From positions 1-32,035 of IMG/VR virus record IMGVR_UViG_3300010048_000030: 32,035 bases of DNA, one strand, 5' to 3'. This DNA comes from a virus (lineage: Duplodnaviria; Caudoviricetes). The notes under the pieces were generated by a model. That model saw nothing but the letters and a program-made list of their open reading frames with translations, was not told the DNA's origin and did not search any database. Shown one piece after another: positions 1 to 7,785 of the stretch. Each line of letters begins with the position of its first letter. The first letter of the stretch is position 1. The position numbers and the translations under genes are program-made.

Positions 1-1
1 C

Positions 2-310
2 GACCTGAAGCGCGAGGGCGCCGAGACCGATGCGGTCTTCCGTGGGCGGATCGGCCGCGCGATCATCATGGCCCAGGGCGACCGCGACTGGGCGGTCCGC
101 GTCGCCAGTGGGGCGGAGCTGGACAGGTGGGCGAGCGAGCGGCCGGGCCCCGGCCTCGCGGCCCTCGCCGCCAAGGCGGAGGCCTCCCGCAAGGCCAGGG
201 GGCGGGACCTGGTGGAGCTGTTCGAGTTCTTCAGCCAGTGCACGCCCCAGCAGCTGCAGCGCGTCCAGGCGGCCCTCTCGGCCGCCAAGCTGTGGGTCCG
301 GGCCCGGTGA
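2..310 (+). CDS. Hypothetical phage protein, 5'-truncated (frame open from base 2)
   Basis: Reads DLKREGAETDAVFRGRIGRAIIMAQGDRDW...; GC-rich third positions; its TGA overlaps the next GTG (GTGA at 307-310). Confidence 0.7.
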   Translation, partial: DLKREGAETDAVFRGRIGRAIIMAQGDRDWAVRVASGAELDRWASERPGPGLAALAAKAEASRKARGRDLVELFEFFSQCTPQQLQRVQAALSAAKLWVRAR

Positions 311-669
311 CCCTCCTCGCCGGCGAGCGCTTCCGGCTCGACCAGCCCTCGCGGCGCCCGACCGGCCGGCGGATGCGGCCGCGCGAGTACATGGTCCTGT
401 TCGTGGTCCAGCCCGACGGGACCGCGCGCCACGTGGGCGGGGTGAAGCCCCGGACCTACTATCAGGCGTTCGCCAACCTATGTGCGCGGAACGGCGACCA
501 CGAGGAGTGGCGCGAGGGCCTGCGGGACGGCTTCGAGAGCGACGCGCCGGCGCCGGGAGAGAACCGCCACCCCGACTACCGCGACGGCTTCGCGGTCGGC
601 CGAGACCCTCACGTCCGCCGCGACGAGTTCAGGTCCGAGGGCCACGGCCACTTCAGGAGACGAGGATGA
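307..669 (+). CDS. Hypothetical protein (120 aa, GTG start)
   Basis: Coupled by GTGA upstream and ATGA downstream; C-terminal W-x-E-G-x-R-D-G...D-Y-R-D-G-F-x-x-G-R pattern. Confidence 0.7.
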   Translation: MTLLAGERFRLDQPSRRPTGRRMRPREYMVLFVVQPDGTARHVGGVKPRTYYQAFANLCARNGDHEEWREGLRDGFESDAPAPGENRHPDYRDGFAVGRDPHVRRDEFRSEGHGHFRRRG

Positions 670-860
670 CGGACGCGCCTTTCCGACTCGGACCCGGGCG
701 CCGGCCCTGCCCGCAGTGCGGCGCCGTCGCGGAGTGCGATCTCGTCGACATCGGGGTGGGGCTGATGGAGCGGGGGAACTGGCGCTGCGAGGACTGCGGG
801 TGGGCGGAGGAGCCGGTCGACCTGGGGCTCCTGACCGACGAGCCGGAGGGCGAAGCATGA
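666..860 (+). CDS. Small zinc-ribbon protein (64 aa)
   Basis: MTDAPF...CPQCG...VDIGVG...CEDCGW: two CxxC pairs; ATGA overlaps at both ends. Confidence 0.8.
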   Translation: MTDAPFRLGPGRRPCPQCGAVAECDLVDIGVGLMERGNWRCEDCGWAEEPVDLGLLTDEPEGEA

Positions 861-1309
861 GACCGAAGCCGATCTACGGGGCGCCGTGCAACAACTGCGG
901 GCTCTGCTGCGTCGTGTCCCAGTGCCCGATCTCCCTCCTGGTCTTCGGGCCCCGCGAGGGCCGCTGCCCCGCGCTGGAGCCCGATGGCCTCGGGGGGTTC
1001 CGGTGCGGGTTCGTCGACCACGCGGAGGGGGACTACCGGAAGCCGGCCGAGCTGATGATCGGGGCCGGGCACGGCTGCGACATGGCGGGGACCCCGCAGG
1101 ACTACGCCGAGCGGGAGAAGCGCCGCCCCCACATCATCCGGCAGGCCCGCCGTGAGGAGGAGGCCCTGACGCCCGACCAGCGGCGCATCTTCCTCGCGTG
1201 GAAGACCGCCGCGGTGGCGAAGATCAGGCCGATTCAGCCGGGCCCGACGTCTCCACTCCCGAGTGGACATGGGGCTCCAGGGAAGCCGCCGGGCGAGGCG
1301 GAGCACTGA
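857..1309 (+). CDS. Cys-rich CxxCxxCC (YkgJ-like) metal-cluster protein (150 aa)
   Basis: MRPKPIYGAPCNNCGLCC...CP...CPAL...CG...GAGHGCD; ATGA overlap at the start with GGAGG upstream; the 3' end overlaps the convergent peptidase gene by 86 nt. Confidence 0.75.
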   Translation: MRPKPIYGAPCNNCGLCCVVSQCPISLLVFGPREGRCPALEPDGLGGFRCGFVDHAEGDYRKPAELMIGAGHGCDMAGTPQDYAEREKRRPHIIRQARREEEALTPDQRRIFLAWKTAAVAKIRPIQPGPTSPLPSGHGAPGKPPGEAEH

Positions 1310-2102
1310 GGGCGTGCATCTGCGCCGCCAGCGTGGGTAGGGGGATGCCGAAGGGCGTCCCTTTGGCGTTCCCCCAGTCGCGGTCGACCACGGCGTAGGC
1401 CTCGTCGACGTAGCGGTCCCAAAAATCCCAGCCCATCGTGTAGACCGCCCCCCAGGAGATCACCTCCAGGCCCGCGAGGGTCTCCTTGACCCCGATGACG
1501 CAGTGGCCGCCCGAGATGGTGGTGTCGTCGCCGGCGGCCGGCCCGACCCACGTCGCCAGCGGGGCGTCACCCTCCGGCCCCATGATGTAGTTCGGGACCT
1601 CGAAGCCCACGTAGACGAACCCGCACTCCTCGATCACCTGGCGGACGTCGAGGTGGTTCCGGGGGTCGATCTCCGCGTAGCCGACGCAGCGGTGGCGCGA
1701 CTCGGCCTGCTGGCCGGTCGGGATCCCGGTGGTGAGCCAGAGCTGGAGGTAGGTCTGCATGTCGGTCCCCTGGTCGCTCCCGGGGATCGTGGGGTCGAAG
1801 CCGGTCGCGAGCTCGTAGGCCTTCAGCACGTCGAGGTCCGGCTCGGTGATGATGAGCCCGTCGGGGTTCATCTGCGACGAGAGGACCTGGAGGGCGTGGT
1901 AGCTCCCCGCCTCGACGCAGCAGCCGTAGCGGTCGTTCTCCATCATCCCGAGGACGTTGAGGTCCGGGATGCGGGTCAGCCAGTCGGGGAGGGCGGTGGT
2001 CGGGGTCCCCGGCCGGGTGTCGGGGAACGCCAGCCGGAGGGCGCTAAGGTGCGGGATGCGGGGATCGTGGCCGCGCGGGAGGCGGCCGAGGCGGAACGTC
2101 AT
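1224..2102 (-). CDS. Putative papain-like (C1-related) cysteine peptidase, 292 aa
   Basis: NDRYGCCVEA (candidate catalytic Cys), GGHCV (candidate His), ISWG in place of papain NSWG, and W.FW..YVDEAY tail; GGAG SD 6 nt before the ATG. Confidence 0.75.
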   Translation of the reverse strand: MTFRLGRLPRGHDPRIPHLSALRLAFPDTRPGTPTTALPDWLTRIPDLNVLGMMENDRYGCCVEAGSYHALQVLSSQMNPDGLIITEPDLDVLKAYELATGFDPTIPGSDQGTDMQTYLQLWLTTGIPTGQQAESRHRCVGYAEIDPRNHLDVRQVIEECGFVYVGFEVPNYIMGPEGDAPLATWVGPAAGDDTTISGGHCVIGVKETLAGLEVISWGAVYTMGWDFWDRYVDEAYAVVDRDWGNAKGTPFGIPLPTLAAQMHALSAPPRPAASLEPHVHSGVETSGPAESA

Positions 2103-2205
2103 GGAGGGCTCCGGGCGCCGGCAGGAGCGAGAGGTGTCGACCCGCCCGCCGGCGCATGAGCAGGTCGAACCGCCTCCAGACCTCGGCCCACTCGGCCGCG
2201 GTCAC
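2044..2205 (-). CDS. Possible 53-aa small protein (GTG start; MTAAEWAEVWRRFDLLMRRR...)
   Basis: Starts 4 nt after the lipoprotein stop and fills the gap, but overlaps the peptidase start by 59 nt and its tail is low-complexity. Confidence 0.25.
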   Translation of the reverse strand: MTAAEWAEVWRRFDLLMRRRAGRHLSLLPAPGALHDVPPRPPPARPRSPHPAP

Positions 2206-2209
2206 CAGG

Positions 2210-2773
2210 TCAGCTGCCGAGGAAGGCTCGGAGCTGGGCCTGGGCGGCGCGCGGCGCGCCTTCGGGATCCGCCCGGTAGCGGGCTTGGGCATTGGCCCAC
2301 AACGCACGAGAGGCCTCCGCGTGACCGAGCGCCAGACTGGCGGCCGGCTGTGGCGAGATGGTGAAGAAGGTCCCGACCGCCACAAGGAGCACCTGGGCCG
2401 CGGCGATCGCGGCGGCGTACTGCGGGGGAAGGCCGGGGACGGCGGAGACGACCGTCAGGCCGTCGGAGATCAGGTTGAGGACCTGCTGGGCGGTCCCGCT
2501 GGCGCTGGTGGGCGCCGTGAGGCCGGCGAACGCGGCGGCCGCGGCGTCGGCCTCCTTCTGGATCGCCTGCAGCTGGGCGGCTGACGCCGGCGAGAGGGCG
2601 GCGACCACTGGGACCAGCTTGTCGAAGGTCGCGGCGGCGGCCGCCACGTAGCCCTGGATCGTGCCGAAGCTGGGGGAGGTGGTCCCCCCGCCGGTGGTGG
2701 CGCAGCCGGTGACCGCGAAGATGCCGATCGGCGCGAGGACGGCCGCGGCGGCGAGGAGAGAGCGTCTGTTCAT
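2210..2773 (-). CDS. Lipoprotein with twin-arginine-like signal and a C-proximal hydrophobic helix; spanin candidate
   Basis: MNRRSLLAAAAVLAPIGIFAVTG-C: RR motif, hydrophobic h-region and lipobox; AAAIAAAQVLLVAVGTFFTI near the C-terminus; lies in the lysis cluster. Confidence 0.75.
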   Translation of the reverse strand: MNRRSLLAAAAVLAPIGIFAVTGCATTGGGTTSPSFGTIQGYVAAAAATFDKLVPVVAALSPASAAQLQAIQKEADAAAAAFAGLTAPTSASGTAQQVLNLISDGLTVVSAVPGLPPQYAAAIAAAQVLLVAVGTFFTISPQPAASLALGHAEASRALWANAQARYRADPEGAPRAAQAQLRAFLGS

Positions 2774-2791
2774 CTGGACCAGCCTTTGATG

Positions 2792-2818
2792 AAAAGGGCG
2801 GGGGGCGCGAGGCCCCCC
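2792..2818 (-). terminator. Weak intrinsic terminator-like hairpin
   Basis: Minus strand reads GGGGGGC-CTCGC-GCCCCCC then GCCC-TTTT, just after the stop of 2833..3201; the U-tract is short and offset. Confidence 0.4.
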
Positions 2819-2832
2819 AGGGGAGGGTGGGG

Positions 2833-3201
2833 TTAGGCGGCGGCCGTCTGGCCTTGATCCGCCTGCGCGGCGGCCGCGGCGGCCGCTTGGGCGTTCGCCT
2901 TGGCTTGCTGCAGCGCCTGGATGCGGGCCTGGGCGTCGGCCTGGATCTTGGCCGAGGCCGCGTCGGCCTGCGTCTGCTCGTTGGCGATCGCCGCGTCGAA
3001 GGTCTCCGCCAGGGTGGGCGGGGCGACCTCCTCGACGGCCTTCTCGGCCAGCGGGGCGGCGGTGTCGACCGCATCCTTCAGATCGGTGGCGGCGTCCGAC
3101 TCGAGGTCGGGGTGCGCCTCGAAGAAGGCCTTGGCCTTCGCAACGAGGGCCGCGAGCCCGTCCTTGAACTCGGTCGCGAGGGAGGCTTGGGTGAGGGCCA
3201 T
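2833..3201 (-). CDS. Ala/Gln-rich predicted coiled-coil protein (122 aa)
   Basis: AGGAG SD; strongly helical composition; no obvious TM segment or lipobox. Confidence 0.85.
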   Translation of the reverse strand: MALTQASLATEFKDGLAALVAKAKAFFEAHPDLESDAATDLKDAVDTAAPLAEKAVEEVAPPTLAETFDAAIANEQTQADAASAKIQADAQARIQALQQAKANAQAAAAAAAQADQGQTAAA

Positions 3202-3282
3202 GGGGTGCTCCTGCTAAGCGAGGAGCGTCCTTGCCCCCCGGATCAGACAGGGGCCCTCATAGCACCGTTCGCCGTAGACTTT

Positions 3283-3669
3283 CTACCGCGCCGCGTGGGG
3301 CCGGCGCGCGTTCGCCTCGATGCGGTTCAGGCGCGGCCAGATGCCCGGCGGGAGCCGCTGGGCCAGGACGTTGATGAGGAGGACCCAGTTGTAGAGCGCG
3401 ACCACGCCCGCGAGCACCGCGATGGCGGCGGCCGCCTGCCCGGCCCAGGGCTGCGAGGAGTGCCCGTCCTCCCCGAGGAACTTCACCGCCAGGCCGGCGA
3501 TCGCCACCGCGGCGATGAACATCACCCAGCGGACCTCCCGCGGGGCGCAGGGGAAGGTCGAGAGCTTCGGGCTGAGCAGGATCTGCCGCAGCCCGAGGGC
3601 GAAGCCCGCGAGCGCAAGCGAGAGCCCGGTGAGCAGGTTGAGCGTCATCGGCAGGGAAAAGGTCCACAT
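3283..3669 (-). CDS. Three-TM membrane protein (holin/antiholin candidate)
   Basis: Three hydrophobic segments and a basic C-tail (RLNRIEANARRPHAAR); AGGAG SD; in the lysis cluster. Confidence 0.7.
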   Translation of the reverse strand: MWTFSLPMTLNLLTGLSLALAGFALGLRQILLSPKLSTFPCAPREVRWVMFIAAVAIAGLAVKFLGEDGHSSQPWAGQAAAAIAVLAGVVALYNWVLLINVLAQRLPPGIWPRLNRIEANARRPHAAR

Positions 3670-3680
3670 GGGGGTCGCTC

Positions 3681-4019
3681 CTATGCCTTACCGGAGTTCG
3701 GGCCGCCGCCCGAGGGGTCCAACCGACGCACGAGCTGGTCGGTCGCCACCTTAACGACCGTGGGCGATGCCGGGTTCGCGATCAGACCGATCACAACCGC
3801 CAGCGCCCGTTCATCCGAGTCTCCTCGCCACCCAAGCCACCCGGCGACAAGATCGACGAACGCCATGGCCCCAATGAGGCCGATAACTAGCGCTACCACG
3901 AACTCGGCCCAGGCGGCCCACCGGCGGCCGTTGGCCTCGCTCAAAGCGACGATCAGCCGCGGCGCGCCGTAGACGAATGCGCCGAGGAGACCCCAAAAGG
4001 CAAGTCCGTACAGACCCAT
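3681..4019 (-). CDS. Putative holin, about three TM segments (112 aa; start at ATG 4019)
   Basis: MGLYGLAFWGLLGAFVYGAP..., WAEFVVALVIGLIGAMAFV..., ALAVVIGLIANP; charged C-tail; downstream of the endolysin. The longer 4244 start adds non-protein-like sequence. Confidence 0.7.
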   Translation of the reverse strand: MGLYGLAFWGLLGAFVYGAPRLIVALSEANGRRWAAWAEFVVALVIGLIGAMAFVDLVAGWLGWRGDSDERALAVVIGLIANPASPTVVKVATDQLVRRLDPSGGGPNSGKA

Positions 4020-4051
4020 CGCAGGTAGCCCCTGAGTCGCCCCATCGCGCT

Positions 4052-4306
4052 TCAACCCAGGATACCCGGAGCGCGACCGCGAGCGCGAAGATTTCCAACC
4101 AGCGCGCGGACTCGAGGCGTCAGCACCACCTCGCAGACGAAGCCTCCGAGCCGCCGGACCTCCGCCACCAGGTCGGGCGCCGCCTCGAGCTCCGCCAGCT
4201 CGCGCCGGAGTGATTCGGGCAGCTCGCCCCCGCGGCCCCGCCACTCGCGGAACAGCTGCTGGGCCTCCTCCAGTTCATCCGACTGGAGCACGAGCCGAGC
4301 TTCCAT
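4052..4306 (-). CDS. Hypothetical 84-aa protein (MEARLVLQSDELEEAQQLFREW...)
   Basis: Protein-like helical composition; AGGGGG SD-like sequence supplied by the adjacent tandem repeat. Confidence 0.55.
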   Translation of the reverse strand: MEARLVLQSDELEEAQQLFREWRGRGGELPESLRRELAELEAAPDLVAEVRRLGGFVCEVVLTPRVRALVGNLRARGRAPGILG

Positions 4307-4337
4307 CTGGTGACCCCCTGGTGACCCCCTGGTGACC
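4307..4337. repeat. 11-bp tandem repeat (CTGGTGACCCC, about 2.8 copies)
   Basis: Units start at 4307, 4318 and 4329 (last one partial); each contains the interrupted palindrome GGTGACC. Confidence 0.9.
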
Positions 4338-4362
4338 GGAGGGTATCCATGAGGCGATTCGG

Positions 4363-4881
4363 TCAGGCGGGCGCCAGCGCCAGCGCCTCGGCCTCGCACT
4401 TGGCGACGCGGTTCAACCACCCGTCCCCGAAGCGGGGGAAGTTCCGAAGCCCGCGGTAGTAGGCGTCGCGGTCCTCGGAATAGTCCGAGATCAGCGCGCG
4501 GGCCGAGACGCCGGCGAGCGCCGCGAGGGTCTTGGGCCCGATCTGGCCGTCCACCTCGGCGCCGACGCACCGCTGGAGCATCTCCCCGGCCTCCTTGGGC
4601 CCGCCGTTGACCGCCATGTCGAAGACCACCAGGTCGACCCCCGAGGGCAGCTGGTCCCCCTGGATGACGTTCCAGAACATCGAGCGGTAGATCGCGCGCT
4701 CGGTCGCGGGCCCCATGGTCTTCAGCTCCTCGACGGTCGCCTGCCGGCCGAGGAAGTGGGAGAGGGTCGCGAGCGTGATCCCATGGTCGGTCGCCCCGCC
4801 GGGGTCCTGGGGGTCGTCGACGAAGTTCCCCTCGAAGACCAGCTCGTCGGAGAGCTCGGCGGGGAAGTTGGCTGCGCTCAT
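4363..4881 (-). CDS. Endolysin, glycoside hydrolase family 108 with C-terminal peptidoglycan-binding (PG_binding_3-like) region
   Basis: EGNFVDDPQDPGGATDHGIT signature, FDMAVNGG, VDGQIGPKT, F.RFG.GWLNRV. Confidence 0.95.
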   Translation of the reverse strand: MSAANFPAELSDELVFEGNFVDDPQDPGGATDHGITLATLSHFLGRQATVEELKTMGPATERAIYRSMFWNVIQGDQLPSGVDLVVFDMAVNGGPKEAGEMLQRCVGAEVDGQIGPKTLAALAGVSARALISDYSEDRDAYYRGLRNFPRFGDGWLNRVAKCEAEALALAPA

Positions 4882-5750
4882 CAGTTGGGCCCCAGGACGA
4901 TCCAGCCCACGCCCGCGCCCGAACCCGCGAACAGGTTCATGCCGGTCGTGGTGAGGTCCTCATAGGTGGCCGGCACGGTGAAGTCGACGCCGGTGACGAC
5001 GACATAGGGTTGGGACGAAAAGGCCTTGTCGAAGGTGGCGGGCCCCTGGGGCTTGGTGAAGCCCCAGTTGACCAGAAGGGTCGGCTCGCTCGCGACCGGG
5101 ATGATGATGTGGCCGGTCGCGGCCACGTTGCCGGTGATCGGCCCCACCCCGAGGATGCCGAGCGACTGCGCGATCGAGAGCCAGCCCCCGTTGCCGGCCC
5201 CCAGGGCGCCGAAGAACCCGGCCGCCGGCGCCTGGACGATCTGCGCCCCGGTGAGGGTGTTGGCCGCCACCATGGCGGCGACGACCACCCCGTTGCGGAT
5301 GATCGCGTTCGCGATGGTGCCCGTCAGGTCGCCCCCGACCGCCATGGCGGGCCCGATGAGGGCCCAGTTGGCCCCGCCGGAGTCGGGGTTCGCGGTGTTG
5401 TTGTCCGCGAGGTTGTACCAGACGCCGGCCTGCGAGGCCGCCGGCAGGATGCAGGACTTCGGATAGCCGCCGATCGCCGTCGCGAAGGTGGGATCGAAGG
5501 GCTGGGCCCCCCCCGCCTGCGCCCACTGGCCCCAGGCGGTGATGATCGCGAGGATCCCGTTGAAGTCCTGCCCGAAGGGCGGGACCCCGCCCGAGGCCAC
5601 CTGGACGAAGTTGAGCGACGGGAAGCCGGTCTCCCAGCTGGCGGCGCCCGCCTGCCCGGAGGGCGCGAGGGGGACGGTGCGGATCGTCCCCGCGGCGGCG
5701 GCCTCGCCCCAGATGAGCGAGAATTTGACCGGGATCTGGCTGAGCTGCAT
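4881..5750 (-). CDS. Tail fibre protein (289 aa)
   Basis: Bcep781-type N-terminus (PPFGQDFNGIL...QAGG...FA.AIGGYPK...DNNTANPD); C-terminal GHIIIP...VNWG...TFDKAF beta domain; follows the DUF2612-like gene. Confidence 0.85.
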   Translation of the reverse strand: MQLSQIPVKFSLIWGEAAAAGTIRTVPLAPSGQAGAASWETGFPSLNFVQVASGGVPPFGQDFNGILAIITAWGQWAQAGGAQPFDPTFATAIGGYPKSCILPAASQAGVWYNLADNNTANPDSGGANWALIGPAMAVGGDLTGTIANAIIRNGVVVAAMVAANTLTGAQIVQAPAAGFFGALGAGNGGWLSIAQSLGILGVGPITGNVAATGHIIIPVASEPTLLVNWGFTKPQGPATFDKAFSSQPYVVVTGVDFTVPATYEDLTTTGMNLFAGSGAGVGWIVLGPN

Positions 5751-5759
5751 CGCGCCCCC

Positions 5760-6332
5760 CTATGGCACGACCACGGTCGCCGCGACGCCGGTCGGGCGCG
5801 GCAGCAGGCCGGGGGTCGACACGATCGCAAACTCCGGCGGCGAGAGCGCGAAGGTGAAGGTGTAGGTCATGGTCATGTTCTGGCCGTCGGTCACGTAGCA
5901 GGCCCCGCGGAAGGGAAAGAGCGCCAGCAGGATGGCGTTGATTCCCAGGATGGACCCATTCCAGATGTTGGTCGCCGCCTTGGCGAGGAGGGCGAGGCGG
6001 TAGAGGTCGTCGGGCAGCGAGTAGTTCTGCGTCGTCCCCGCGCCGCCGAAGAAGGGGGCGAAGCCCCAGGTGTCCTGGTCGCTCGACGGCTGGGCCTCCT
6101 CGAAGCCGAAGAACTTCTGCGACCCGGGGATGTTGACCACCCGGCCGAAGCCGAGGATCCGCCCCCACACGTCGAGCCCGTACCCCACCGCGGTCAGGAT
6201 GTTCCAGACCTGATCGTACCAGGCCTCGATGTTGACCGAGGGGTCGACCCAGGTGTCCATCGCGTCGATCAGCGTGGTGACGATCGGCGCCGCCGCGTAT
6301 TGGCTGATGATGGTGGCCTGGTAGTTCTGCAC
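5760..6332 (-). CDS. Baseplate wedge subunit, DUF2612-like (GTG start)
   Basis: TIISQYA, VWNILTAVGYGLDVWGRILG, L.DD.YR..LLAKAA.NI, LPRPTGV motifs; position after baseplate J. Confidence 0.88.
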   Translation of the reverse strand: MQNYQATIISQYAAAPIVTTLIDAMDTWVDPSVNIEAWYDQVWNILTAVGYGLDVWGRILGFGRVVNIPGSQKFFGFEEAQPSSDQDTWGFAPFFGGAGTTQNYSLPDDLYRLALLAKAATNIWNGSILGINAILLALFPFRGACYVTDGQNMTMTYTFTFALSPPEFAIVSTPGLLPRPTGVAATVVVP

Positions 6333-6333
6333 G

Positions 6334-7785
6334 TCAGACCAGGGTGACGGTGATGTTGTTGGCGTCGATCGTCGGGACCTGGTTGGCCTGGACCTGCTCC
6401 GAGTTCTCGTCGACCGCGAAGCTCACCATGCTCTCCGAGGTGACGGTCTGCGAGGTCGAGAGGTTGTAGGTCCCGGTCCCGCCCGAGCCCGACCCGAAGC
6501 TCGAGATGGTGGTCCCCGGGAGGACGTTGGCCCCGTAGACGGTCTGCCCGACCGCCAGGGTCCCGCTCGCCACGGCGGAGACCGTCATCACCCCGGCGGC
6601 GATCGAGGCGGTGAACGAGGCGTCGTCGTCGTTCGGGCTCCCGATCAGGACCGAGACGATCTCCGCCCAGCCCCCCACCGCGGCGATCGGGGCGTAGTAG
6701 GAGCTCGCGAAGATCAGCGAGGCGATGCGGGCCCGCGGGGTGCCGGTGAACTCCCCCGCAAAGGCATTGATGATGGCGTTCTGGATCAGGCCCAAGTAGT
6801 TCGACGGGACCCCGGCGTTGTTCTTCAGCGTGACCGCGAAGCTGATCGGTAGCGCGGGGGGGATCTCGAAGGTGATCGAGTAGGGGATCGGGCTCACGTA
6901 GAGGGGGTTGTTGTCGTAGGCGGTTACAGTGGTGTTCCCGACCATCGGGGTCCCCGGGCCCCGCTTGGTGAGGATCGCCTCCGCGATCGCCGCCGAGGCC
7001 CCCCCCACGACCGCGAAGTACATCGAGTAGGCCGGGAGGGAGACCCCCAGGGAGACGACGGTCGACCCGGTGGGGTTGTCGATCCCGTAGTAGTCGAGCA
7101 CCCCCTCGACCTCGGAGATCGCCCCCACGATGGAGCCGATCTGCCCGATGGAGTTGGCCTGGACCGCCGACTCGCGCCGCTGCTCGAACTGCGCCGGCGT
7201 CTCGGCGTACTGCCCCAGCACCCCGTCCCCGGGGTTGGTGATCTCATCCCAGCCGGGGATCGCCTGGTAGATGATCGTCAGGGTGCCGGCCGGGCACTGG
7301 ATCGGCCCGTTGGTCTGGTTGTTGAAGGGGAGGCTCACGGTCCCCCCGGCCCCGATGGTCCCCGCCTGGGCGCAGTAGTACGTGTTGCCGGCCTGATCGC
7401 GCGCCAGCGCCCCGAGGGGGATCGGGACGTTCTCCGCCCCGGTGAGGGTGCACTGGACCACCGTGGGGAGGGAGGGCTTGCGGGTCAGGAAGTAGATGCG
7501 TGCGATCGCATCCTGCATCCGGCCGGTCGCGAACGCGGGGTCGACGCCGTTGAACAGCGCGACCTCCTGGGCGAAGCAGTCGTAGATCATCGCCGCAAGC
7601 GACTGGGCCCACTGGGCCTGGGGGGTCGGGTTGACCTGCGAGCCCGACTGGGTGGTGAAGTTGAGGTTGCCCCCGAAGGCAACCTGCATGTCCGCGATCA
7701 CCCCCTGGAGGATCGCCTCCTGGGTCGGGATGACGAACCCGTTGGCCGTGAACTGGGGGAAGGGGACGTTGGTGGTGAAGGCCAT
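6334..7785 (-). CDS. Baseplate J/gp47-like protein with an inserted repeat domain near the C-terminus
   Basis: TPQAQWAQS, VDPAFATGRMQDAIARIYFLTR, G..AET.AQFEQRR motifs; synteny. Confidence 0.92.
   Translation of the reverse strand: MAFTTNVPFPQFTANGFVIPTQEAILQGVIADMQVAFGGNLNFTTQSGSQVNPTPQAQWAQSLAAMIYDCFAQEVALFNGVDPAFATGRMQDAIARIYFLTRKPSLPTVVQCTLTGAENVPIPLGALARDQAGNTYYCAQAGTIGAGGTVSLPFNNQTNGPIQCPAGTLTIIYQAIPGWDEITNPGDGVLGQYAETPAQFEQRRESAVQANSIGQIGSIVGAISEVEGVLDYYGIDNPTGSTVVSLGVSLPAYSMYFAVVGGASAAIAEAILTKRGPGTPMVGNTTVTAYDNNPLYVSPIPYSITFEIPPALPISFAVTLKNNAGVPSNYLGLIQNAIINAFAGEFTGTPRARIASLIFASSYYAPIAAVGGWAEIVSVLIGSPNDDDASFTASIAAGVMTVSAVASGTLAVGQTVYGANVLPGTTISSFGSGSGGTGTYNLSTSQTVTSESMVSFAVDENSEQVQANQVPTIDANNITVTLV
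6421..6622 (-). repeat. Copy of the ~65-aa shared virion beta-domain within baseplate J
   Basis: ASFTASIAAGVMTVSAVASGTLAVGQTVYGANVLPGTTISSFGSGSGGTGTYNLSTSQTVTSESM; boundaries approximate. Confidence 0.9.

Noticed and set aside
2833-3201. Ala-rich coiled-coil protein as an i-spanin (Rz)
   Set aside because: No N-terminal transmembrane helix and no embedded or overlapping lipoprotein frame identified.
4307-4337. Tandem repeat as a mini-CRISPR array
   Set aside because: Units are 11 bp and contiguous with no spacers; no cas genes.
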